Source of the DNA: Acidimicrobiales bacterium
GTDB taxonomy: Bacteria; Actinomycetota; Acidimicrobiia; Acidimicrobiales; JACCXE01
Assembly: GCA_035546775.1 (NCBI GenBank)
Contig: DASZWD010000042.1
Location: 5,781-69,780, forward strand
Reading direction: 5' to 3'
Length of the DNA: 64,000 nt
Below are positions 39,414 to 48,006 of this stretch, in pieces. Position 1 is the stretch's first letter. Every line of letters starts with the position of its first letter. Both the position numbers and the translations under genes were made by a program. The notes under the pieces were generated by a model. It had not been told where the DNA came from. It saw only the letters and a list, made by a program, of their open reading frames with translations, and searched no databases.

Positions 39414-40816
39414 CGTTCACCCCGGCGCCACGCGTCGCGGAAGGAGACCTCGGCCGCCTGGGGCAGCGCGCGGCCCGTCGCCCAGTTGCGAGCGCCGGGC
39501 AGGCGCGCCAAGCGCGGGCCGAGCAGGCGCTGCGCCACGGTGCCGGTGCGCAAACTCAACCAGTAGGTGCCGGTGCGCGACCACGTCGCCGCCCACGCCT
39601 GCCAGGCGGTCTTCTCGCTCGGCCGCGCGCCGACAGAGTTGCGCCGCCGCTGCGCCAGCAACATGTCCTGCAGCGGAATGCCGACTGGGCACGCCTCCCA
39701 GCAAGCGCCGCACAGGCTCGACGCGTTGGCCAGTTGCGTGGCGGTGGAGTACTCGTCCTGCGCCAGCAGCGGGGTGAGCACCGCGCCCATCGGGCCCGAG
39801 TACACCCATCCGTAGGCGTGCCCGCCGATCTGGCGATACACGGGACACACGTTGAGGCAAGCGCCGCAGCGGATGCACGCCAGCATCTCGGCGAACTCGC
39901 TCTCGGCGATGGCGCTGCGCCCGTTGTCGACGATCACGAGGTGGAACTCGTCGGGCCCGTCGCGCTCGCCGTCGCGACGCGGCCCCGTCATCGCGCTCAC
40001 GTAGGTCGTCGCCGCTTGGCCGGTTGCGCTGCGCGGCAGCAACGACAGCAACACGTCGAGCTGCGCCCAGTCCGCCACGACCCGCTCGGCGCCCATCAAC
40101 GCGATGTGCACCGGCGGCACGCTGCTCGACAGGCGACCGTTGCCTTCGTTGGTGACGAGCACGCAGGTGCCCGTCGCCGCCACGCCGAAGTTCACGCCGG
40201 TGATGCCGATGTCGGCTTCGAGGAACTTGGCCCGCAGCTGGGCGCGGGCGAACGCCGCCAGTTCCTCGGGGACGTCGGAGAGATCGCCGTGGGCGACGCG
40301 CTGCAACGCGTCGCGGATCTGGCCGCGGTCGCGATGGATCGCCGGCACGATGATGTGGCTCGGCGTTTCGTTCGCCACCTGGATGATCCACTCACCAAGA
40401 TCGGTCTCGGTGACTTCGATGCCGTCGGCCTCGAGCGCCGGGTTGAGCTCGATCTCCTCGGACAGCATCGACTTGCCCTTGACGATCTTCTTGGCGCCGC
40501 GCCGGCGCGCCACCTCGCGCACATAGGCGCGCGCCGCCTCGGCGTCGGGCGCCCAGCACACGTGGCCGCCGGCGGCGAGCACGTTGTCGGCGAGTTGGTC
40601 GAGCAACGCCGGCAACCGCCGCAGCACGTCGGCACGGATGGCGCGCGCCGTCTCGCGTACCGCCGCCGCGTCGGCGAACGCGGCGCGCGCGACGCCGCGC
40701 CGTTCTTCGAAGGTGTCCGCCGCGTTGGCCAGGGCACGCCCGAGCCGCGCGTCGGCGATGGCCGTGACCGTCCGGTCCCGCAGGTCGGGGGTGGACGCGA
40801 TCGGCTGGGCCGTCAT
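39410..40816 (-). CDS. lutB: Lactate utilisation iron-sulfur protein, LutB-like
   Basis: Two 4Fe-4S motifs (CIRCGACLNVCPVY, CGACWEACPVGI) plus a LUD domain. Start trimmed to the ATG at 40816 (ATGA overlap). Confidence 0.87.
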   Translation of the reverse strand: MTAQPIASTPDLRDRTVTAIADARLGRALANAADTFEERRGVARAAFADAAAVRETARAIRADVLRRLPALLDQLADNVLAAGGHVCWAPDAEAARAYVREVARRRGAKKIVKGKSMLSEEIELNPALEADGIEVTETDLGEWIIQVANETPSHIIVPAIHRDRGQIRDALQRVAHGDLSDVPEELAAFARAQLRAKFLEADIGITGVNFGVAATGTCVLVTNEGNGRLSSSVPPVHIALMGAERVVADWAQLDVLLSLLPRSATGQAATTYVSAMTGPRRDGERDGPDEFHLVIVDNGRSAIAESEFAEMLACIRCGACLNVCPVYRQIGGHAYGWVYSGPMGAVLTPLLAQDEYSTATQLANASSLCGACWEACPVGIPLQDMLLAQRRRNSVGARPSEKTAWQAWAATWSRTGTYWLSLRTGTVAQRLLGPRLARLPGARNWATGRALPQAAEVSFRDAWRRGER

Positions 40817-41598
40817 ATCTCGGCTTCGGCTTCGGCGTCGTCGAGGGCGACGGCGAGATGCCGGAACCGCAGCGGCAGCCCGCGTGCTTCGGCGCGCGTC
40901 GCCAGCTGCATCAGGCACGACCCGTCCGCGGCCACGATGTCGGACGCGCCGGCGGCCACTGCGGCGTCGAGCACTTCGTCGGCCATAGCGACGGACGTCT
41001 CGGGCAGCTTCACGCTGAACAACCCACCGAACCCGCAGCACCGTTCCGGCCCGCGCCCCACGTCGTACCCCGCGCCTTCCAGCGCGGCGCACGGCTGGTC
41101 CCGAATCCCCAACTCCCGCAGCATGTGACACGACGGGTGGTAGCGCACCGCTGCTCCCTCACTTCTGTGAAGGATTTCCGCCCCGATGGGGCGGTCATCC
41201 TTCGCAGAAGCGAGGTACTCGCTGAGTTCGAACACCTTGGGCGCGACGGCGCGGGCGCGGCGCGCCGCGTCGTGCTGGCCTACCTCGGCGAACAGCTCGG
41301 GCCAGAAGACGCGGATCATCGTCGTGCAACTGCCGGCGGGCACGACGACCGCTTCGGCGCCGTCGGCGAGCGCCTCCTCGATACCGGCCAGTGTCGTGCG
41401 GGCGACGACCGCCGCGGGCTCAGCGTGTCCCGAGTTCCACGCCGGCTGGCCGCAACAGGTCGTGCGCTCGGCGACTTCGACCTCACAGCCGCGCCGCGCC
41501 AGCACGCGGGCGGTGGCGAAGCCGACCTCCGGCGCGACGGCGTCGACGACGCACGTCGGAAAGAGCGCGACTTTGGTCACGCTGCGGTCGACGGGCAT
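40813..41598 (-). CDS. lutA: (Fe-S)-binding CCG-domain protein, LutA-like
   Basis: VALFPTCVVD...CCGQPAWN...PSCH...CCGFGG. Start trimmed to the ATG at 41598. Confidence 0.87.
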   Translation of the reverse strand: MPVDRSVTKVALFPTCVVDAVAPEVGFATARVLARRGCEVEVAERTTCCGQPAWNSGHAEPAAVVARTTLAGIEEALADGAEAVVVPAGSCTTMIRVFWPELFAEVGQHDAARRARAVAPKVFELSEYLASAKDDRPIGAEILHRSEGAAVRYHPSCHMLRELGIRDQPCAALEGAGYDVGRGPERCCGFGGLFSVKLPETSVAMADEVLDAAVAAGASDIVAADGSCLMQLATRAEARGLPLRFRHLAVALDDAEAEAEI

Positions 41599-41609
41599 GG
41601 CGAGAGACG

Positions 41610-42587
41610 TTACGACGCGAGGTTCTGCCGGAGAAAGGCGACGACCAATGACCAGCCTTTCGCCCGAGCTTGGTTGTTCGCCGTCGCCGAGCCGCCCGTC
41701 CATCGATTGTGCAGCGCCGGATCCTGCGGCGGAACCCGAGGACCGAAGAGGAGGTGACCTGCGGTCTTGAATTCGATCACGCTCACGCCAGTCTTTCCGC
41801 GCTGCTCGGCGCGGGAACGCAGGGCGCGAGACATTGGGCACGATGGCCAGAGGGCGTCACGATCGCCGCACAGCAGCAACACGGGCCCCGCGATTCGCTC
41901 CACGGCGATTTCGGACTTGCGATGCTCGCCCAGACGTCGCAGGCCATCCCGGTAGACGGAGCCGATCGGCTTCCACGGACGCCACAGCGCGTACGGAAGC
42001 GCCGGGACGGGTTTTCCATTGGCCGACCACGACGAATCGGGATTCAGCGGGAAGCCCCAGTCGATCCCTTTCCACACGACGCTCGACGGCGCCGCGGCCA
42101 CGACAGCCCGGACAACGTCAGGCCGGCGCGCAGCCTCCAGCAGCGCCGCTTCCGCTCCCTTGGAGTGGCCGACGAGGGCGACGCGATCCGGCAGTACCGC
42201 GGGCTGGCGGCGCAGCCAGTCCAACCCGCGGTCGAACGTCTCGAGGGGAACGCGTTCGAGTTTGGATGGTTCGTGCGGTGCGCCGAAATATGCCAGCTGC
42301 AGTACGGAAAACCCTGCCCGTCGAAACGCCCTAGCGGTTCTGGCAACGTCGTGAGACAGACCGCCCTCTGAACCGCCGAGCAGGAGGATGCCCGGTGCCG
42401 GCGCGGTACTCGCGAAGTAGTTGCCGAAGACACCAGCCTCGTTGATCCTTTGGCCGCCGCGTCCTGGGTCAGCGAGCGGTACGGCGGGTACCCACGGCTT
42501 GCGCCACCACAACAGCCCGGCGCCGACGAGAGCTACGCCGATCGCCACCGCGAAAGCCCGACGGCTGCGACGGCGAAGAACTGTCAC
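41610..42587 (-). CDS. Alpha/beta hydrolase, BAAT/dienelactone-hydrolase-like, with N-terminal membrane anchor
   Basis: ...ILLLGGSEGG...LAYFG...VALVGHSKGAEAAL.... GTG start at 42587 (GTGA overlap with the upstream gene). Confidence 0.72.
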   Translation of the reverse strand: MTVLRRRSRRAFAVAIGVALVGAGLLWWRKPWVPAVPLADPGRGGQRINEAGVFGNYFASTAPAPGILLLGGSEGGLSHDVARTARAFRRAGFSVLQLAYFGAPHEPSKLERVPLETFDRGLDWLRRQPAVLPDRVALVGHSKGAEAALLEAARRPDVVRAVVAAAPSSVVWKGIDWGFPLNPDSSWSANGKPVPALPYALWRPWKPIGSVYRDGLRRLGEHRKSEIAVERIAGPVLLLCGDRDALWPSCPMSRALRSRAEQRGKTGVSVIEFKTAGHLLFGPRVPPQDPALHNRWTGGSATANNQARAKGWSLVVAFLRQNLAS

Positions 42588-43777
42588 TCGGCGGCGGCGG
42601 CTGACGCGAAGGACAGCGCGGCGGCGGCGTACACGGCCACGCCCGCGGCCATGGCGTTCTCGTCGAGGACCATGCGGTTGGAATGGTTCGGCGCCACGAA
42701 GCCGCGGTGGCCGGGAGGCATCGTGCCGAGGAACGCCATCGCTCCCGGGACCTCGTTGAGCACGTAGGAAAAGTCCTCGGCGCCCATGACCGGCGCCGGC
42801 AACCAGCGCACCAGATCGGTGCCGACGACACCGGTGGCGACGTCGCGCACGTAGCCCGCCATCGTGTCGTCGTTCACGGTGACGGGATAGCCCTCGTGCA
42901 TCTCGACCTCGGCCACGCACCCGTGCGCCGACGCGATGCCCTTGGCCAGATCCTCCACGCCCTTGACCACCGCGGTGCGGGTACGCGCCGACACCGTGCG
43001 GATGGTGCCGAGCAGCAATGCGTCCTCGGGCACGACGTTGATCGTCGTGCCGGCGCGGATCTTGGCGACGGTGACCACCGCCGGGTCGAACGCGTCGACG
43101 CGACGCGTCACGTAGGCCTGCAACGCCATCACCAGCTCGGCCGCCACCGGGATCGGGTCGACCGCGAGATGCGGCATCGAGGCGTGGCCGCCCTTGCCCA
43201 CGATGCGGATGGTGAAGTTGTTGGTCGATGCCATCGTCGCGCCGGGCTTCACGGCGATCATCCCGCTCGGCATCGACGGCGACTGATGCAGCGCGAACGC
43301 GGCGTCAGGTCGACCACCGACGTCGAACAACCCGTGCTCGAGCATCACCTTGGCGCCGAAGCCGCCCTCTTCGCCCGGCTGGAACATGAACACCACGCGG
43401 CCGGCGAGTTCGCCGCGGCGGTCACACAGCAGGCGCGCCGCACTGGCCAGCATGGCGGTGTGGGCGTCGTGCCCGCAGGCGTGCATGACGCCCTTGTTGC
43501 GCGAGCTGTATTCGAGTCCCGTGTCTTCGGGCATGGGCAGCGCGTCCATATCGCCGCGCAACAGCACCGTCGGGCCCGGTCGGTCGCCGTCGAGCACGCC
43601 GATCAGCGACGTGCATCCGGTTCCCTGCGTGACCGCGATCGGCAGGTCGGCGAGTTCGGCCCCGACGCGCTCCTGCGTGCGCGGCAGTTCGAGTGCGAGC
43701 TCAGGATCGGCGTGCAGCTCGCGCCGCAACGCCACCGTTCGTTCCTGGAGCACCTGTGCATCCGAGAGCAACGACAT
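42584..43777 (-). CDS. M20D-family amidohydrolase (N-acyl-amino-acid/hippurate hydrolase type)
   Basis: ...LHADPELA.E...TGC.S..GVL......VLLRGDMDALP..E...L.Y.S...GVMHACGHDAH.... Start trimmed to the ATG at 43777. Confidence 0.88.
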   Translation of the reverse strand: MSLLSDAQVLQERTVALRRELHADPELALELPRTQERVGAELADLPIAVTQGTGCTSLIGVLDGDRPGPTVLLRGDMDALPMPEDTGLEYSSRNKGVMHACGHDAHTAMLASAARLLCDRRGELAGRVVFMFQPGEEGGFGAKVMLEHGLFDVGGRPDAAFALHQSPSMPSGMIAVKPGATMASTNNFTIRIVGKGGHASMPHLAVDPIPVAAELVMALQAYVTRRVDAFDPAVVTVAKIRAGTTINVVPEDALLLGTIRTVSARTRTAVVKGVEDLAKGIASAHGCVAEVEMHEGYPVTVNDDTMAGYVRDVATGVVGTDLVRWLPAPVMGAEDFSYVLNEVPGAMAFLGTMPPGHRGFVAPNHSNRMVLDENAMAAGVAVYAAAALSFASAAAAE

Positions 43778-43825
43778 GCCCGAATCATGGCGCACTACGC
43801 GCCGACCCAACGCCGCAGGGGCGAC

Positions 43826-44140
43826 TTAGTGGTGCGGCGCCTCCACGTGCGGGGTCGTGACGATCTCGTATTCGGGGTTCATCAGGGCGAGCTTGCCGTG
43901 GTGGGCGCCGGCGACGCCCTCGACGCGCAGCACCGTTCCGGGATGCACGCCGGCGATCTTGCGCCGACCGAGGAACACCACCGTGAGCCCACCCGTCTCG
44001 TCGACGATCGTGCACTCCAAGCTCGGCACGTCGGCCCACGGCGTGATGCGCATCGAGCGCACGCGGCCCTCCACGCAAACGGTGTCGCGCCACACGACGC
44101 TCCCGATGGCGATCCGGTCATCAGCTACGAGCGACATCAA
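43826..44140 (-). CDS. Small OB-fold domain protein
   Basis: ...VCVEGRVRSMRITPWADVPSLECTIVDETGGLTVVFLGRRKIAGVHPG..L.VEG..., typical of the actinobacterial OB-fold protein found near K+/APC transport genes (from memory). Confidence 0.65.
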   Translation of the reverse strand: MMSLVADDRIAIGSVVWRDTVCVEGRVRSMRITPWADVPSLECTIVDETGGLTVVFLGRRKIAGVHPGTVLRVEGVAGAHHGKLALMNPEYEIVTTPHVEAPHH

Positions 44141-46103
44141 CTGGCTCCTTGGTGGAATGCGCGCCGAGGTGGTACGGCACGAACGTGACGTTGGCGTGCG
44201 CCAAACGCCCGACGGCGTCGGCGATCGAGTCGGCGGTGCGGTCGTGCAACAAGCGGTGCCAGAAACGCCGGTGCTCCAACCGGGGCACGAGCACCGACAC
44301 TTCGGTGTCGCCGCCGTGGAGCGACTCGGCCACGACTTCCATGACGCTGTGCGTCAAGCGACGGTCGGGACAGTCGACCAGCTCGAGCGGCAAGCGTGTC
44401 AGGCCCAGCGCGCGCCACTCCTCGGCCAGCTGCTCGGCCTTGTACAGGTCGACGGCGATGTGCACCGCCTTGAGCTCGTCGGGGTGCAGCGTGCGGGCGT
44501 ACTGAATGGCGCGCGCCGCCGCGCGATCGAGCGTGTCGACGAGCACGAGCACGACATGACGGCGCAGCACCTGCGCCTCTGCGGCCGCCTTGGCGTCCTC
44601 CTTCAGCTCTTCGGCTTCGGACTCGTACTGCTTGTTCAGCCGCACCAGCAGCGCCACCATGACCGGGACGAGTACCACGACCACCCAGGCGCCGCGGGTG
44701 AACTTCGTGATGCCGATGATGATGTCGACGACGAGCGACAGGAACGCACCCGTCCCGTTGATGAAGAGGCCCATGCGCCAGCCCTCTTCCTTCTGCGTGA
44801 TGTGGTGCTTGGCCATGCCGCCCTGGCTCAGCGTGAAGCTGGTGAACACGCCGATGGCGTAGAGGCCGATCAGGTTGTCGACCTTGGCGTCGGCCGCGAT
44901 GACGAGCACGATCGAGGCCGTCGCCAGGGCGATGATGCCGTTGGAGAACACGAGGCGGTGGCCGCGCTTGGTGAGCTGCCGCGGCATGAAGTTGTCACCG
45001 GCGTGGAAGCTCGCCAACCGCGGGAAGTCGGCAAAGGACGTGTTGGCCGCCAGGATCAGGATGAGCGCCGTGCCGGCCTGGAGCATCAGGTACAGGGCGT
45101 TGCCGACCGGCGAGTGCCCGTACACCGCCTTGCCGATCTGCGAGATGACCGTGGGCGTGCCCTTCTCGTAGGGAACGGTGTGGGTCTTGGCCGCCAGGAT
45201 CGACAGGCCGAGGAACATGGCGCCGAGGGTGGAGCCCATGATCACGAGCGTCTCGCGGGCGTTCTTCCACTCGGGCACGCGGAACGCCGGCACGCCGTTG
45301 GAGATCGCCTCGACACCGGTGACCGCCGCGCCACCGTTGGCGAAGGCCGTCAGCACCTTGTACAGCGACGCCCCCATCAGCAGCCCCATGCCCGCGCCGC
45401 CGAAGTGCACCATGCCCGCGGCGTGCTGCGCGTGGTTCACCGGCAGCCCCCCGCCGACGAGCATGCGGTAGAAGCCGTAGCCGAGCAGGATCACCATGTC
45501 GACGATGAAGAAGTACGTCGGGATCGCGAACACGCGCCCCGACTCCTTCACGCCGCGCAGGTTGCCGTACGCGATGACCGAGATCAGCGCGACACAGATC
45601 GGCACCGACCAGGGTTCGAACACGGGGGCGGCCGACGCGATGGCTGCGGTACCGGCCGCAACCGACACCGCCACGGTGAGGATGTAGTCAGTCAGCAGTG
45701 CGACGCCCGCCACCTGCGCCGGCAGCAGGCCGAAGTTGTCGCGGGTGACGATGTAGGCGCCGCCGGCCGTCGGATAGGCCTTGATCGTCTGGCGGTACGA
45801 GAGGATCAGGAAGCCGAGGACGATCAGCAGGGCGATCGTCACAGGGACGACGAGGGCGAATGCGGCGACGCCGACCGCCGGCACGAGCACCTTGAGGATC
45901 TCTTCGGTGGCGTACGCAGACGACGACAGGTTGTCGGACGCGAAGACCGCCAGCGCCGTCGGCTTGCCGAGACGCTCGTGCGCCAATTGGTCGGTGTGGA
46001 GCGGCTCGCCGAGCATCACCCGCTTCGCGCGGTAGCCGCGCTTTTCCGGAAGGTTGAGCGGTGGCGTCGGCGGGATCGGCGTCGGCGCCTGAAGAGTCGT
46101 CAC
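44121..46103 (-). CDS. APC-superfamily permease with ~190-aa cytoplasmic C-terminal domain
   Basis: ...LAVFASDNLSSSAYATEEIL..., about 12 TM segments. Start set at the GTG at 46103 (the ATG for MLGEPL is an alternative). The rest of the 1081-aa track ORF is antisense to the kinase gene. Confidence 0.82.
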   Translation of the reverse strand: MTTLQAPTPIPPTPPLNLPEKRGYRAKRVMLGEPLHTDQLAHERLGKPTALAVFASDNLSSSAYATEEILKVLVPAVGVAAFALVVPVTIALLIVLGFLILSYRQTIKAYPTAGGAYIVTRDNFGLLPAQVAGVALLTDYILTVAVSVAAGTAAIASAAPVFEPWSVPICVALISVIAYGNLRGVKESGRVFAIPTYFFIVDMVILLGYGFYRMLVGGGLPVNHAQHAAGMVHFGGAGMGLLMGASLYKVLTAFANGGAAVTGVEAISNGVPAFRVPEWKNARETLVIMGSTLGAMFLGLSILAAKTHTVPYEKGTPTVISQIGKAVYGHSPVGNALYLMLQAGTALILILAANTSFADFPRLASFHAGDNFMPRQLTKRGHRLVFSNGIIALATASIVLVIAADAKVDNLIGLYAIGVFTSFTLSQGGMAKHHITQKEEGWRMGLFINGTGAFLSLVVDIIIGITKFTRGAWVVVVLVPVMVALLVRLNKQYESEAEELKEDAKAAAEAQVLRRHVVLVLVDTLDRAAARAIQYARTLHPDELKAVHIAVDLYKAEQLAEEWRALGLTRLPLELVDCPDRRLTHSVMEVVAESLHGGDTEVSVLVPRLEHRRFWHRLLHDRTADSIADAVGRLAHANVTFVPYHLGAHSTKEPVDVARS

Positions 46104-46157
46104 CGCGCGAGTGAATCCCACACGCTCGTAAAGAAGGCATAAGAACCTCGGTGGGCG

Positions 46158-46179
46158 CGCAAAGATCGCGCAAAGATCG
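46158..46179. repeat. Tandem direct repeat CGCAAAGATCG x2 (11-bp period): candidate OmpR-family response regulator site
   Basis: Read directly at 46158-46168 and 46169-46179. It lies in the 81-bp divergent gap between the APC permease and the kinase gene. Confidence 0.45.
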
Positions 46180-46184
46180 GCGCT

Positions 46185-47318
46185 GTGGATGCACAAACGG
46201 GGCGAAGTCCGGCGGCGGGCGTCGGCGCGCTCGCCGGCGTCGGGCTGACCCTGGTTGCCACCCTGGCGCTGGTACCGCTGCGCGACTCGGCCAACCGCGC
46301 CACCCCGGCGCTCGTCCTCGTGATCCCCGTCCTCGTGGCCGGCGTACTCGGTGGACGCGTCGGTGCGCTGACAACTGCCGTGGCCTCGGCGCTGGCGTTC
46401 AACCTCGCCTTCGTACGCCCGTACTGGACGCTGAAGATCAACGCGGTCGACGACGCCGTCGCCCTCGTGATCTTCCTCGCCGTCGCCGCGGTTCTCGGCA
46501 CCGTCGTCGCCCTCGAAGCCGAACGCCGCCGCTCGGCCGAAGCGCGCACGGCCGAAGTCGAGGCGATGCACGAGCGCTACGAGGCAATGGTGGCCGAGCG
46601 CGACGCGGCGGCCGAAGAAGCGACGAGACTCGAAGTCCTCGAACAGGTCGACGAGCAGCGGCGCGCGCTGATGCGCGCTGTCTCGCACGACCTGCGCACA
46701 CCGCTGTCGACGATCCGCGCCGTCGCCTCCGATCTCCGCTCCGGCACCACCTACGACGACGCGACCCGCAACGAATTGCTCGACCTCGTCGGGGACGAAG
46801 CGCAGCGCCTCGACCGCATCGTGGCCAACTTGTTGTCGCTCAGCCGGATCGAAGCGGGCGCGCTGCACCCCGAACGCCAAGCCGTCGCCCTCGACGAACT
46901 CGTGGCCGAACGGGTGCGCCGCCTCGACCGCTTGTTCCGTCAGGTGCGCGTCCAGGTAGAACTGCCCGACGACCTTCCCCTCGTCGACGCCGACTACGTC
47001 CTGCTCGACCAAGTGATCACCAACCTGCTCGAGAACGCGGCGCGGCACTCGCCGCCGCGCTCGACCGTGCGCTTCGGCGCGCGCCAGCAGGACGACAACG
47101 TCGTGGTGTGGGTCAGCGACGAAGGGCCGGGCGTCGCGCAGTATCAGGCCGGCCGCATCTTCGAGCCGTTCCAGCGCGGCGAGGGCTCGCAGTCGAGCGG
47201 CGTGGGTCTGGCCATCTGCCGCGCCATCATCGAAGCCCACGGCGGCCACATCGAGTTGTCGTCGGTCCCCGAAGGCGGCGCCCGCTTCTCGTTCAGTCTC
47301 CCGGTGCGCCGTGGCTGA
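46185..47318 (+). CDS. Sensor histidine kinase, KdpD C-terminal-like (DUF4118 membrane module + HisKA + HATPase), lacking the KdpD N-terminal/Usp domains
   Basis: Membrane module ...LVLVIPVLVAGVLGG.... H-box MRAVSHDLRTPLS. N-box/G-box NLLENAARHS and GVGLAICRAIIEAHGG. Confidence 0.87.
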   Translation: MDAQTGRSPAAGVGALAGVGLTLVATLALVPLRDSANRATPALVLVIPVLVAGVLGGRVGALTTAVASALAFNLAFVRPYWTLKINAVDDAVALVIFLAVAAVLGTVVALEAERRRSAEARTAEVEAMHERYEAMVAERDAAAEEATRLEVLEQVDEQRRALMRAVSHDLRTPLSTIRAVASDLRSGTTYDDATRNELLDLVGDEAQRLDRIVANLLSLSRIEAGALHPERQAVALDELVAERVRRLDRLFRQVRVQVELPDDLPLVDADYVLLDQVITNLLENAARHSPPRSTVRFGARQQDDNVVVWVSDEGPGVAQYQAGRIFEPFQRGEGSQSSGVGLAICRAIIEAHGGHIELSSVPEGGARFSFSLPVRRG

Positions 47319-48006
47319 CACGGTGCTCGTCGTCGAGGACGACGCCGCCATCGTGCGGGCGCTCACCGCCGCGCTCGAAGCGCGCGGTTACCGCGTCGTG
47401 TCGACGGGCGCGGGACTCGACGCCCTCGATCGGGTGGCCGCGGAGGGACCCGCCATCGTCATCCTCGACCTCGGCCTGCCCGACATGGACGGGATCGACG
47501 TGTGCCGCCGCATCCGCAGCTGGTCGACGGTACCGATCATCGTGCTCACCGCCGAGGGCGCGGAGGACCGCAAGGTCACCGCCCTCGACGAAGGAGCCGA
47601 CGACTACGTGACCAAGCCGTTCTCGGTACCCGAGTTGCTGGCCCGCGTGCGGGTGGCGCTGCGGCATCGCCGGGGCACCACGCCCACGATCGACGAAGCA
47701 GTGCTCGACGTCGGCGACCTGCGCGTCGACCTCGCGCGGCACATGGTGACCGTCGCGGGCCGCGCCGTTGACCTCACGCCGAAGGAGTTCGGCTTCCTCG
47801 CCGCCCTCGCCCGCCACCCCGGGCGCGTGCTGTCGCACCGCATGATCCTCGAAGCGGTCTGGGGGAAGGGCTACGGCACCGAGACGCAGTACCTGCGGGT
47901 CTACGCGTCGCAACTGCGCAAGAAGCTCAACGAAGACCCGGCGCACCCGCGCCTGATCACCGAACCCGGCGTCGGCTACCGGCTCGTCGACCCGTCGGAG
48001 GATTAG
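47311..48006 (+). CDS. OmpR-family response regulator, KdpE-like
   Basis: VLVVEDD...ILDLGLPDMDG...VLTA...DDYVTKPF, plus a winged-helix C-terminus (...TEPGVGYRL). 8-nt overlap with the kinase gene. Confidence 0.92.
   Translation: MADTVLVVEDDAAIVRALTAALEARGYRVVSTGAGLDALDRVAAEGPAIVILDLGLPDMDGIDVCRRIRSWSTVPIIVLTAEGAEDRKVTALDEGADDYVTKPFSVPELLARVRVALRHRRGTTPTIDEAVLDVGDLRVDLARHMVTVAGRAVDLTPKEFGFLAALARHPGRVLSHRMILEAVWGKGYGTETQYLRVYASQLRKKLNEDPAHPRLITEPGVGYRLVDPSED

Noticed and set aside
46104-47366. N-terminal ~420 codons of the 1081-aa minus-strand ORF (44121..47366).
   Set aside because: This part is antisense to the clearly real histidine kinase gene and is Arg/Gly-rich. The APC permease sequence only begins around 46103.
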